64,000 nt of DNA from Thermodesulfobacteriota bacterium (GCA_963675595.2 CAXXLZ010000002.1:1568001-1632000); one strand, 5' to 3'. Shown: positions 38,336 to 47,314, counted from the stretch's first letter. The notes: generated from the letters alone by a model not told the origin. A program made the numbers and translations.

Positions 38336-39502
38336 TCATCCGATCCATCCGTCGACACCCAACCCCGCCTCGGCGGCTTTCCCTCCCGAGTCCACGGCGT
38401 GACCGTCGGATCGTTGTGCTCTTGAACGGTAATGCTCGTAGAACCCGGGAAGTCCGGCCTCCAGAGGAATCCCGTCCTTCCATCCAAAGCCGTGTAAACG
38501 ACTCACATCAAGAAGCTTGAGCAACGTGCCGTCGGGTTTGGACGAGTCCCATACGATCTCGCCTTGAAAACCCACCACTTGTTTCACCAGTTCGGCGATT
38601 TCCAGAATGCTCCTGTCCCGTCCCGTTCCGATGTTGACGTGTGTGTTCCGCACCTCTCGCATGCCGGCGGTCAGGTCGGGAAAGTCTACGGTTTCCATCA
38701 GAAAAACGCAGGCGTCGGCCAAGTCGTCGCTGTGCATCAAATCCCGTCGAGGCGTGCCCGTGCCCCAAAGGGTGACGGTGTCCCCGGACACGCCCAGCCT
38801 CTCCAACATTCCCACGGCCTCATCCCTGTTTTCGGCGCCCAGGTCGTCCTCCACACCCTCCATGTTTCCTTCCGACAGCAGTCTCGCCAGGTGCATCTTG
38901 CGCATGAGGGCCGGGAGGAGGTGCGACGTTTCGAGATGGAAGCTCTCGTTGGGGCCGTAGAGGTTGGTGGGCATGACTGAAATGAAGTTGGTCCCGTACT
39001 GCAGGTTGTAGCTCTCGCACATCTTCATGCCGGCGATTTTCGCCACGGCGTAGGGCTCGTTGGTATATTCGAGAGGCGAGGTCAGCAAGTATTCTTCCTT
39101 GATGGGTTGCGGGCATTCCTTGGGATAGATGCAGCTTGTGCCCAGAAACAGGAGCTTTTTCACTCCTCCGAGATAGCTCTGATGGATCACGTTGTTTTGG
39201 ATCGCCAAATTTTCGTAGATGAATTCCGCTCTGTAGGTGTGGTTGGCGAGAATACCGCCCACCCTGGCGGCGGCCAGGAAAACATACTCGGGCCTGCACT
39301 CCCGGAAAAGACTTGTCACCGACGCGGGATTCGTGAGATCCGCGCGCACCAGGCGCACCTTGGACGAAGCCTCATCTTTCGGGGGTCTCCGATGATGGTT
39401 GCAGAAGATGTTTTGGTAGCCTTTTCCGAGCAGGCGTCGTACCAGGGCGCTTCCCACCAGGCCGGTGCCGCCCGTGACCAGGATTGCGGCGTCTTTTCTC
39501 AT
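38336..39502 (-). CDS. fcl: GDP-L-fucose synthase
   Basis: TGGTGLVGS, LAAARVGGI, FLGTSCIYPK, NEPYAVAKIAG, MPTNLYGPN, WGTGTPRR, KPDG. Confidence 0.95.
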   Translation of the reverse strand: MRKDAAILVTGGTGLVGSALVRRLLGKGYQNIFCNHHRRPPKDEASSKVRLVRADLTNPASVTSLFRECRPEYVFLAAARVGGILANHTYRAEFIYENLAIQNNVIHQSYLGGVKKLLFLGTSCIYPKECPQPIKEEYLLTSPLEYTNEPYAVAKIAGMKMCESYNLQYGTNFISVMPTNLYGPNESFHLETSHLLPALMRKMHLARLLSEGNMEGVEDDLGAENRDEAVGMLERLGVSGDTVTLWGTGTPRRDLMHSDDLADACVFLMETVDFPDLTAGMREVRNTHVNIGTGRDRSILEIAELVKQVVGFQGEIVWDSSKPDGTLLKLLDVSRLHGFGWKDGIPLEAGLPGFYEHYRSRAQRSDGHAVDSGGKAAEAGLGVDGWIG

Positions 39503-39589
39503 GCTTGGAATCTCTAACCGCCCGTTGAAAAAGTCCGGATTATCACGGACCGTTGAAAGACGCGATCTGCGAGGTTGCTGCAGCCGTGT

Positions 39590-40423
39590 TCAAAGGTTCG
39601 GCGGGGCCCCGCCCCGGGTTTCCTTCAGCCATGCTCGGGCGCGCCGCGCGCACTGCTTCGATTCATCCAGCAACCGTTCATACCGAGGACCGGTATGCTG
39701 ACCCGTTTTCCGATCCGCTCCGTGATGTCGTATGGAGTACAGGGTCCTCGGCACATGATGGAGCCGCGCCCCGGCCATGGCGAACCGCAAATAATGATCA
39801 TAGTCGTTGGCGCATTCGTAGGCTTCATCCATCAATCCCACAAGGTCGTGAAGATCGGTCCTGTAAAGACGGCTCACACCCAAATGAAACCATCGGGCCA
39901 GGCAGTTCTCAAAATCGTAATCAGGCATCTTCATGTGCCTGACCACGTGGCCTTCATCGTTGACCAACAGCATATCCGAGTAAACGAAATCCGCTTCACC
40001 CCGTTCGAGTTCGGCAACCAGTTCCTCGATCATATGGGGATGAGGAATATCATCGCCCACAATATAGGTGCAGTACTTTCCGGAAACCCTGGAAAGACCC
40101 TCATTGTAGGTCCTGGTCGCTCCGATGTCCGACGGGAAGGTCACGATTCGGACGGCTCGATCCTTGGGATAAACGGCAACTTCCCGCCGCACGATCTGTC
40201 CTTCGTTGTCCATGCTTTCCACGGGCAGGAATGTATCCCCTTCAATGCGACCCGGCAGACTCTCCAAATAGGATTTGGTTCCGTCCGTGCTTCCCCCGTC
40301 CACAATGATGAGCTCAATGCGGGGATATGTCTGGAAAAGACAATGATCCACGCAGGCCGGCAGGTACTGCGCCTGATTGAACGTGGGAACCACGATGCTC
40401 ACAAGAGGAAGGTCGCGACTCAT
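39590..40423 (-). CDS. Glycosyltransferase family 2
   Basis: VSIVVPTFNQ, VDGGSTD, GDD, NDYDHYLR. Confidence 0.9.
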   Translation of the reverse strand: MSRDLPLVSIVVPTFNQAQYLPACVDHCLFQTYPRIELIIVDGGSTDGTKSYLESLPGRIEGDTFLPVESMDNEGQIVRREVAVYPKDRAVRIVTFPSDIGATRTYNEGLSRVSGKYCTYIVGDDIPHPHMIEELVAELERGEADFVYSDMLLVNDEGHVVRHMKMPDYDFENCLARWFHLGVSRLYRTDLHDLVGLMDEAYECANDYDHYLRFAMAGARLHHVPRTLYSIRHHGADRKTGQHTGPRYERLLDESKQCARRARAWLKETRGGAPPNL

Positions 40424-41130
40424 TCTTTTTCCAACGAAAAGCCCAGGGTGATGTACGGACCGTGAAATCGGCTGATGAAGGTTTCCGGGTCTTCAAAAGC
40501 GCGCTTGCGATCAAAACGGGCTTCTTCCCCCAAGGGGAACCCCTCCGCTTCCAGGTCGGCGAAGATATCCCATTGCTCGAACCAGGGTGACCAAAAAGGC
40601 CCTCCGTAGAGGTCCACCGTTAGGACCAACCGCCCTCCGGGTTTGAGACACCTTTTCAATTCCCTGAGCGCGGGCCTTGCCCCCAGTGGGTCGAACAGGT
40701 CCGGCAACCGCTCGTCCGTCGGGTCTTGAGTGGGACAGACCACATGTTCGAGAACGCTGATGCAGAAAATACGGTCAAAGACGTTGTCCTCAAAGACCAT
40801 ATTCCGGACGTCCATGATCCGGCACTTCTCCGACAGGTCCCCGGGATCCATCCCCCATTGGGTGCCGGAGTCCCACTGTCTTTTTTCGAGATCGATATAG
40901 ACCATACGATGTCCCCGAGCTTCCAGGAACCGGGTGAACGGAAAGGTGAAATCGGGTGCCACGTCCAGGATGTCCAATCCTCTTTCTTCCAGAATACCGC
41001 TTGCTTCCACGGCCCATGGGTATTCCCAGTGTCTGGAACCGAATGGCTTTTCACCGCACAAGGCCTTGCCCGGTTCCGAATCCCGATAGGCTTCAATCGC
41101 GCTTTTTGTGGCCAGGGCCCGGAAGTTCAT
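40420..41130 (-). CDS. Class I SAM-dependent methyltransferase
   Basis: RHWEYPW, ILDVA, FDRIFCISVLEHV, LKPGG. Confidence 0.85.
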   Translation of the reverse strand: MNFRALATKSAIEAYRDSEPGKALCGEKPFGSRHWEYPWAVEASGILEERGLDILDVAPDFTFPFTRFLEARGHRMVYIDLEKRQWDSGTQWGMDPGDLSEKCRIMDVRNMVFEDNVFDRIFCISVLEHVVCPTQDPTDERLPDLFDPLGARPALRELKRCLKPGGRLVLTVDLYGGPFWSPWFEQWDIFADLEAEGFPLGEEARFDRKRAFEDPETFISRFHGPYITLGFSLEKE

Positions 41131-41169
41131 CCATCCGTCTCCGCGCCCCGCTTCTCATCCCATGGGCGT

Positions 41170-42126
41170 TCAAAGAGATTCATAAACCCTCATCAGCACA
41201 TCCAACGCATGCCGTTCCGTCCACGCTTCCTCCATGAACCTGCGGCTCTCCTCGCCGATGCGTTGCCTGAGGTCGGAGTCCACCGCGAGTTCCTCCAGAC
41301 GCAGCGCCAATTCCTCCCCATTGCCCGCGATGACCCAAGGGAGTCGGTCCCTGCCCGTGAATTCCCGGATGCGGCTCACGTTCCAATCGTCCAGGCCTGC
41401 GATGACCGGCTTGCCCTGGCTCAAGGACTCGAGAGACGAAATCCCGAACCAGCCTCGCATGTGATCGAAAACCAGATGGCATTGCTTCTTCAATTCGAGG
41501 CATTCCCGGTAGAGGGTATGTTCGATGATCACGGGCACCACCTGCGGATGCCGTTGCGTCAGGTCCCGAAGCGCGTGCCTGAACACGTCGGTATGCTTGT
41601 GGTACTTGCGCGTGGGGGCTTGGCACACGCGAATCTCGTCCTGAGGCAGGGTTGCGTCGAAGCGGGGCAGAAAGGCGACATCATTGATAGGTACCAGGTT
41701 GGGAACCCACACGGCGTTTTCCGCGAGCTTGAGCAGGTCCGGAGTGCTGACGATCACCTTACGGTTCAAACGACGATATTTATCGTTGTAGGCGTCGATG
41801 TTCAGCATATAGTCCGGATGGCCGTGTTGATGGTGGATTGTGCCTTTCCCCCGGACGTAGTCGCGAATGACCAGAGGTCCCAGATGGGCGTTTTCGTCCT
41901 GCAGCATGTGGAAGTGGAACACGTCCGCGTTTTTGAGCAGGAATTCCACTTCACCGAAATCGTCGTCAAGAATATCCGGAAGATGAACGTCCTTTTCGAA
42001 GGCGAAATTGTACCGTTCCGCCGACGTGATGAGGCGGCAGCGGTGCGGCGTGTATCGGTTGATCGCGTTGGTGAAGGCGATGCCCATACCCGCCGGGTCG
42101 TTGGCCGTGATCATGAGGATGTTCAT
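41170..42126 (-). CDS. GT-B fold glycosyltransferase
   Basis: DPAGMG, HGHP, QAPTRK, FGISSLESLSQGKPVI, followed by a typical GT-B C-terminal helix. Confidence 0.75.
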   Translation of the reverse strand: MNILMITANDPAGMGIAFTNAINRYTPHRCRLITSAERYNFAFEKDVHLPDILDDDFGEVEFLLKNADVFHFHMLQDENAHLGPLVIRDYVRGKGTIHHQHGHPDYMLNIDAYNDKYRRLNRKVIVSTPDLLKLAENAVWVPNLVPINDVAFLPRFDATLPQDEIRVCQAPTRKYHKHTDVFRHALRDLTQRHPQVVPVIIEHTLYRECLELKKQCHLVFDHMRGWFGISSLESLSQGKPVIAGLDDWNVSRIREFTGRDRLPWVIAGNGEELALRLEELAVDSDLRQRIGEESRRFMEEAWTERHALDVLMRVYESL

Positions 42127-42337
42127 ATCGAATGTCCGGATGGAAAGGGGGGTTGCGGGCGGGCTCCGCCCGTTCGGGTGAAGGTTCGGGCTCCCCGAGG
42201 GACCGAAACACCGTGATTCAATTCGGCGGGTTCATCAAACCCGCGCGCGGTCGCGGGGGTTCGCATGCTCCGGAAGAAGCCGGGAGCGACGGTCCGCCCG
42301 GCCGAGGGGAATCCACGCAATCCCGTCGGCCTTTTCG

Positions 42338-42883
42338 TCAGAGTTTTTCCAGATCGCATCCCTGCAACGTCACCCGCGTGTACTGTTGCAGGACGTTCAA
42401 CAAAACCGACACCCTGGCCTTGTCGGAGTGCCATCGTTCGAAGATGCCCTGGAGGTCCCTGAACGGGCCTTCCAGGATCCGAACCGGGTCTCCGGCCTGA
42501 AGACGGTCCCGTTTGCGCACCACGCCGTCCGTGTCTTCCAGGCTGTGCACCGCCTCAAGGATGTCCGGCCTTACGGGCACGGCTTCTCCCGTTTCCGGCA
42601 GGAGCCCCGCCACTCCGGGGCACCAGCGCACCGTGTCGAACAACCGTTCCGCGTCGCACTGCACGAACAGGTAAGAAGGGAACAGCGCCTTTTGAACCTT
42701 CTTGGTGTACCGCGCATGACGCACCGTGACCTCGGCCCGGGGCAGGTACACCCGGACTCCTCGCTCTTCCAGGTGGACCCGCACCCGAAACTCATGCCCC
42801 GTCTTGGTGCGCGCCACGAACCAGGGGTCCGAAGCAGTGAACACTGTGCCGTCTATCCTTGGCGTTTGTTGTGTGAGAATCAT
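42338..42883 (-). CDS. rfaH: NusG-paralogue transcription antiterminator (RfaH/UpxY-like)
   Basis: WFVARTK, LFPSYLFV (NGN domain), GDPVRILEGPF (KOW); sits at the head of a long glycan operon. Confidence 0.85.
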   Translation of the reverse strand: MILTQQTPRIDGTVFTASDPWFVARTKTGHEFRVRVHLEERGVRVYLPRAEVTVRHARYTKKVQKALFPSYLFVQCDAERLFDTVRWCPGVAGLLPETGEAVPVRPDILEAVHSLEDTDGVVRKRDRLQAGDPVRILEGPFRDLQGIFERWHSDKARVSVLLNVLQQYTRVTLQGCDLEKL

Positions 42884-42922
42884 ACCAACCTTTTCGTTCG
42901 AGTCCGGCCGAGCAGTAAATTA

Positions 42923-42941
42923 GATCGGTTAGTGACCGATC
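42923..42941. promoter_or_regulatory. Inverted repeat, candidate operator upstream of the antiterminator gene
   Basis: GATCGGT-TAGTG-ACCGATC, with a minus-strand TTGACA about 15 nt upstream. Confidence 0.4.
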
Positions 42942-43008
42942 AATTCTTGAATCGGCTGTCAAGAGCGACGACTTTAGTCATGTGACCGAAATTAAATAAA
43001 AAAAGCCG

Positions 43009-43680
43009 CTATCGGAAATATTGTTCTTCTGTTGTCCCCCAAAGGTCGAACAACTTCTGCACATGGATTCCGACATCCGTAAGATGCATAACCTGTGCGA
43101 AGATTTCGTCCTGCTTGGCATAAGACGTTATCAAGATGCAGTCAGGTTGAATCTTATCAATGACAGTAGGAGGCTCTACAAGTATTCCAAAGAATCTCTG
43201 GCCTTGCTTGGATATGTCGTTATCAACGATGCTGATGATATTTATCGGAAGCGTTTCCAAAGCGGCGTAAACGAGCTGCGCTGTTTCTCCGGCGCCGAAT
43301 AAGACGACTCGCCTATAACCGGAATCGGTCATGAACTTAAGTTGCTTTCGGAGTTCATTCTTGAAAGCCGAGTATATATGAACGATATCGAGAGAATAAG
43401 ACGACAGAAGTCCATTGAGACGTTGTTGTCCACTTTCGGAAAGCCGATATGTCATATTTCGATTGTTCTTACCTTCCTTTATGATCAAACCCTTGCCTGT
43501 TAGAGCCCTTATGTAGGTATTGGCCTGGGTTGCACACATACCTGCCGCCGTGGCCAGCCTGTACTGAGATATGTCGGGATCGCCGTGAACGGAGATAAGA
43601 ACCAGAAGTTCCCTGTGGAGTTTTGTCGGCAAGAAAAAATCAGTATCCTGAGGATGAAAAATCCCGCTTGGCTCTATCAT
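43009..43680 (-). CDS. Winged-HTH (MarR-like) transcription regulator with a C-terminal Rossmann-like domain
   Basis: ISQYRLA..AG.....N.YI..L..KGLI...Y.LSESG wHTH; VVLFGAGE...IVDND C-terminal domain. Confidence 0.85.
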   Translation of the reverse strand: MIEPSGIFHPQDTDFFLPTKLHRELLVLISVHGDPDISQYRLATAAGMCATQANTYIRALTGKGLIIKEGKNNRNMTYRLSESGQQRLNGLLSSYSLDIVHIYSAFKNELRKQLKFMTDSGYRRVVLFGAGETAQLVYAALETLPINIISIVDNDISKQGQRFFGILVEPPTVIDKIQPDCILITSYAKQDEIFAQVMHLTDVGIHVQKLFDLWGTTEEQYFR

Positions 43681-44157
43681 ATTGCACCATCCGTCCGGTG
43701 ATCAGACAATTCTGAATTCTTGGGTTTCAAGACTTTGGAGGCATGGCCTTTTTCAGGAGCGTTCCAATGTCATCGACGAAAAATATTTCTTTTTTCTCGA
43801 CCTTTGCCATCACTATGTCACAGGCAATGCATAGCCACGGGGCGGGTCTCAGCGGTGAGACCTTCGAATCGAGCATTTGCAGTAAAACAAGCGAGGCGGA
43901 CACTTTGTTTAGGATTTCAGGCTGTTATACTGAAAACACATTCAGTTAATCGAGAACGATCGAGCTGTATGTTCACTTTCTTTTATACAGGCTGTGAATG
44001 ATTAAAACAACCCGTCTGACCCTCCATAGGAAGATTCTGCCGATGGCGTCACCTATTTGACGGACGGTCAAAAGCCGATGGTAGCTTCAGATGTCTTCAA
44101 TACCCTTGCTTTACGGAGGAATCCGTGAAGCGCGATGCATATTACGGCCCACAACCA

Positions 44158-44173
44158 TGCAATAAATGGGCCA
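44158..44173 (-). promoter_or_regulatory. Putative sigma-54 (-24/-12) promoter oriented toward the regulator and glycan operon
   Basis: Minus strand TGGCCCATTTATTGCA, one mismatch to TGGCAC-N5-TTGCA. Confidence 0.45.
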
Positions 44174-44374
44174 TCATTTTAATATGCAGAAATATGGTAG
44201 GCGAAGCCTCCAGGCCCTTTCGAGGCAGTTGTATTTTTTGGAATGGTAGATAGAACCGTGTTCGAAGACTGATCGTGTACTCGAGCGGACAATTCAAGTC
44301 AAACTCTGGTACTGAGCGAAATTGCCTATGCTTGTGCGCGCCGTCGGTACCCGCAGAAGCAGAAGGATCGCGCC

Positions 44375-44716
44375 GTGAAAGTCTATCTTGCAGGACCACT
44401 CTTAACTGAGGCAGAGCAGGAATGGCTTCGGCGCTTGAGAGATCGGATAGAGAAGTTTGGTCAAGCATTGGGCAGGACAGCACAAGCTATCTGGCCCTAC
44501 GAATTGACCGATCAGGAAGAAATAGAAAGGCTCGGCGAGATGGCCAAACAGAAAGTGTTTGAACGGTGTAAGTCGAACCTTGGCTGAACAGATTTGCTCG
44601 TCGCGCTTCTGGACAGCCCGAAGCTTGACGACGGAACAGCCTTGGAGATCGGGTACTTCTTTTCGATCAGGGAGCGGTCAAAAATTATCGGGATCAGGAC
44701 TGATTTCCGAAACGCC
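44375..44716 (+). pseudogene. Nucleoside 2-deoxyribosyltransferase-family gene with an internal stop and 3' truncation
   Basis: KVYLAGPL...(in-frame TGA 44585-44587)...DDGTALEIGY...GIRTDFR; similarity to the 59043-59299 copy ends at 44716. Confidence 0.85.
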
Positions 44717-44963
44717 ATACGATCCTATTCTTTGCCCGCCAACGGCCCTCCGAGTGGTGGGTCAGGCTCCGTCTTGAGTGATGGAATCCTTCGTTTCAAC
44801 GGCGTCGCCGACCAACGGGTAGAAGATGTCGGCATTGAGAGCGTCTTTGAGCGCTTGGGCCGACGTCTTTCCTTGGTCAAGCGCTCTGTTGAGACCGTTG
44901 AATGCTGACGTGGTCCGGGAATGGGCCCATATCCCATTGGATTTCCCACAGTCCTTTGTACTA

Positions 44964-46081
44964 GTGCTTAGTTGCATAAGTTAATTATTCATGATATGTT
45001 CCGCCTATGAGTGATCGGGTAAGGCGAATCGAATTGAAAGAGGAAGACCGGAAGACGCTTGAGCGCTGGATTCGGTCTTCGACTACGGAACAACGTCTGG
45101 TTTTCCGTGCGAGGATCATCCTTGAAGCGGGTGCGGGAAGTAAGAGCCTCGACATTGCGGGAAAGCTGGGCACGAGCGTTATCACGGTGAACAAATGGAG
45201 GCGGCGTTTTGGGAAGGGAGGACTGACCGGGCTTCAAGATGCGCCTCGTTCGGGTAAGACGACGGTCTACGACGAGGAAACGGAAAAGCGGATTCTGAGT
45301 CTTTTGGACGAACCTGCCCCCATGGGCTACTCCGGGTGGAATGGGAGGCTGTTGGCCGAGGCTTTGGGCAATGTCTCCAAACATCAAGTTTGGCGTGTGC
45401 TCAGAAACCACGGCATTCAACTTCAACGGCGACGTTCGTGGTGCATCAGCACGGACCCCGAATTTGTTCCCAAGGCGGCCGATGTTGTGGGGTTGTACCT
45501 GGAGCCTCCGGAAAACGCCGTCGTTCTCTGCGTAGACGAAAAGCCGGCCATCCAGGCGTTGGAGCGTGCACAAGGCTACATCAGACTGCCCAACGGGGGA
45601 GCCATGTTGGGGGTCGGTCACGAGTACAAGCGACATGGTACCACGACGCTGTTTGCAGCCCTGGACGTGGTTACGGGACAAGTCAAAGAAGGGCACTACA
45701 AAAGGAGAAGAAGACGTGAGTTTCTCCAGTTCATGAATGAGGTGCTAACCGATTATGGACACCGGGAAATTCACGTGATTCTCGACAATCTCAACACCCA
45801 TAAGCCCAAAAAGGATCGATGGTTGGCCAAACACGAAAACGTGCATTTTCACTTCACTCCGACTCATGCTTCTTGGCTTAATCAAGTGGAAACTTGGTTC
45901 AGTATCTTGAGTCGACAGGCCATAAAGGGCGCCAACTTCACCTCTCCACAGGACGTGCGCAACGCCATCGATCGCTTCGTTGCCGTATACAACCGAGACG
46001 CCGCTCCCTTCGAGTGGCGGAAGCGTTCCGTTCACCCGGTCGGCCTGAAAAAGAAATATAGGGATTTATGCAACTAAGCAC
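44964..46081 (+). mobile_element. IS630-family insertion sequence
   Basis: Perfect inverted ends CTAGTGCTTAGTTGCATAA (44961-44979) and TTATGCAACTAAGCACTAG (46066-46084); TA duplication within CTAG. Confidence 0.93.
45007..46077 (+). CDS. IS630 transposase
   Basis: HTH, VDEKP, YKRHGT, ILDNL, SWLNQVE.WF. Confidence 0.95.
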   Translation: MSDRVRRIELKEEDRKTLERWIRSSTTEQRLVFRARIILEAGAGSKSLDIAGKLGTSVITVNKWRRRFGKGGLTGLQDAPRSGKTTVYDEETEKRILSLLDEPAPMGYSGWNGRLLAEALGNVSKHQVWRVLRNHGIQLQRRRSWCISTDPEFVPKAADVVGLYLEPPENAVVLCVDEKPAIQALERAQGYIRLPNGGAMLGVGHEYKRHGTTTLFAALDVVTGQVKEGHYKRRRRREFLQFMNEVLTDYGHREIHVILDNLNTHKPKKDRWLAKHENVHFHFTPTHASWLNQVETWFSILSRQAIKGANFTSPQDVRNAIDRFVAVYNRDAAPFEWRKRSVHPVGLKKKYRDLCN

Positions 46082-46416
46082 TAGATCTCGAGGAACCGCT
46101 CGAAGGTGTGGTGACTGTCGTGTTTGGGCGTCCGGGCGTTCTTTGCGCGGAAGGCGAGCCCCTCGTCGAAGACTCGCTGCATGGCGTTCTGAGTCCCCGA
46201 GCTTCCGGGTACCGCCAGCGTGGGACAGCCGAAGATTTCCCGAAGGCTCTTCTTGAGGGCCAGAAGCAGGGCGTCAAAGCCTTTGGGCCGCTTGAACTTG
46301 AGCCGGTATCCGAGGCACTCTCTGCCGCCCGACACCCCTCGAAGCCGCGGAAGAGCGCTCTCGTACTCGTCGCAGTAGAAGAGGCCGCTCTCAGCCCGCT
46401 TGAACGAGAACAACAT
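46081..46416 (-). pseudogene. Truncated hypothetical gene, possibly the N-terminal part of a phosphoribosyltransferase-like protein
   Basis: ATG overlaps the end of the SLOG gene; LAVPGSS and R...PKH segments; ends at the IS630 target; no PRPP-binding motif seen. Confidence 0.35.
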
Positions 46417-46722
46417 GGACCCTCTTTCCCAGTTCTTCCGCCGTGCGCACGGTGTGCATGGTGCCCCGGCTCGTTCCTTCCCAAAACGCCACGACAACGT
46501 CTCCCGATTCCGCTTGAGTGCCGCCCCTCGACCATAACGTCGCCAGTCCGGCTTGAGAACCCGGGGCTCGATCCCCCGGGCCCTGGCCCAGGTCTCGGCA
46601 ATGCGGTCCACGCCCCGAGCGCCGCCGGAGATCACCATGTACGGATCGATCCTCAACCGACTCAAGGCCCCGTCCATGTCCACCGCCCCGATACTCCTGC
46701 TGCCGACAATCACCGCCTTCAC
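46391..46722 (-). pseudogene. SLOG-superfamily (DUF2493/YspA-like) gene with a frameshift
   Basis: VIVGSRS, VISGGARGVD, DW.RYGRGA..KRN, then a frame change to VVAFWEGTSRGT.HT...A; GGAGG RBS before a GTG start. Confidence 0.85.
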
Positions 46723-47014
46723 GTCCGCCTCCTGATCCCGCCCGAACCTGATCGACCACCTCCGCAGTTTCACCGGCATGCCGGTAGTTTTCGCACCCAA
46801 AATCGAAAAATTACCGCGCCGTTGAAAAATCCGAAGGCGATCTGAACCAACCATCACCAATTTATCCATCAAGGCGTCTTCTCCGTTGCCGCCTAATTTT
46901 TTATCCGTCAAAAAACTTGCCATTTCTCATCCAAACATTCATTTTTGACCCAGTTTGCTCCGTTGACCCCCTGTCTTAATTTCGCGACCGCAAAAATTCG
47001 ATGGCCGCTCCGGC

Positions 47015-47314
47015 TTATTTCCCGCCGTTTTCCAGAGATTTACTCCCCCCTATCCGCCCCCATTTCCTTTCTCCCGACAAAACGAACGGTCCACCTCCCT
47101 CACACCAATATTCCCAGGCAAGGTTCATGAATAACTTCCTCTTTTCGGCATTACGGGATGCCATGGCCGCCTCACGCCGATGGAGCGCCGTTGCGAGGTT
47201 GAAATACCCCATGGAATCGATGCTGTGACCGTTGGTAACGATAAGGAGATGGTCCTCTTCCTCAGGAGCAAGTCCGTCAGGCAAAAGTTCCCTCGCTTCG
47301 GTCAAGTCGGTCAT
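47015..47314 (-). CDS. Hypothetical protein
   Basis: 99-aa ORF with a purine-rich RBS, downstream of the iteron array. Confidence 0.5.
   Translation of the reverse strand: MTDLTEARELLPDGLAPEEEDHLLIVTNGHSIDSMGYFNLATALHRREAAMASRNAEKRKLFMNLAWEYWCEGGGPFVLSGERKWGRIGGSKSLENGGK

Noticed and set aside
40726-42216. Long plus-strand ORF (496 aa) and other antisense ORFs across the operon
   Set aside because: They overlap well-supported minus-strand genes, have no motifs and are expected in GC-rich DNA.
11353-42883. RiPP (proteusin-like) or hopanoid cluster suggested by multiple B12-rSAM genes plus SPASM and a protease
   Set aside because: No leader/core precursor, RRE domain, peptide exporter or squalene-hopene cyclase recognised; context is dominated by sugar enzymes. 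Very short precursors cannot be fully excluded.
44585-44587. Selenocysteine or read-through at the in-frame TGA of the NDT gene
   Set aside because: The paralogous copy has CAA (Gln) at this position and the gene is also 3'-truncated, so nonsense decay is simpler.
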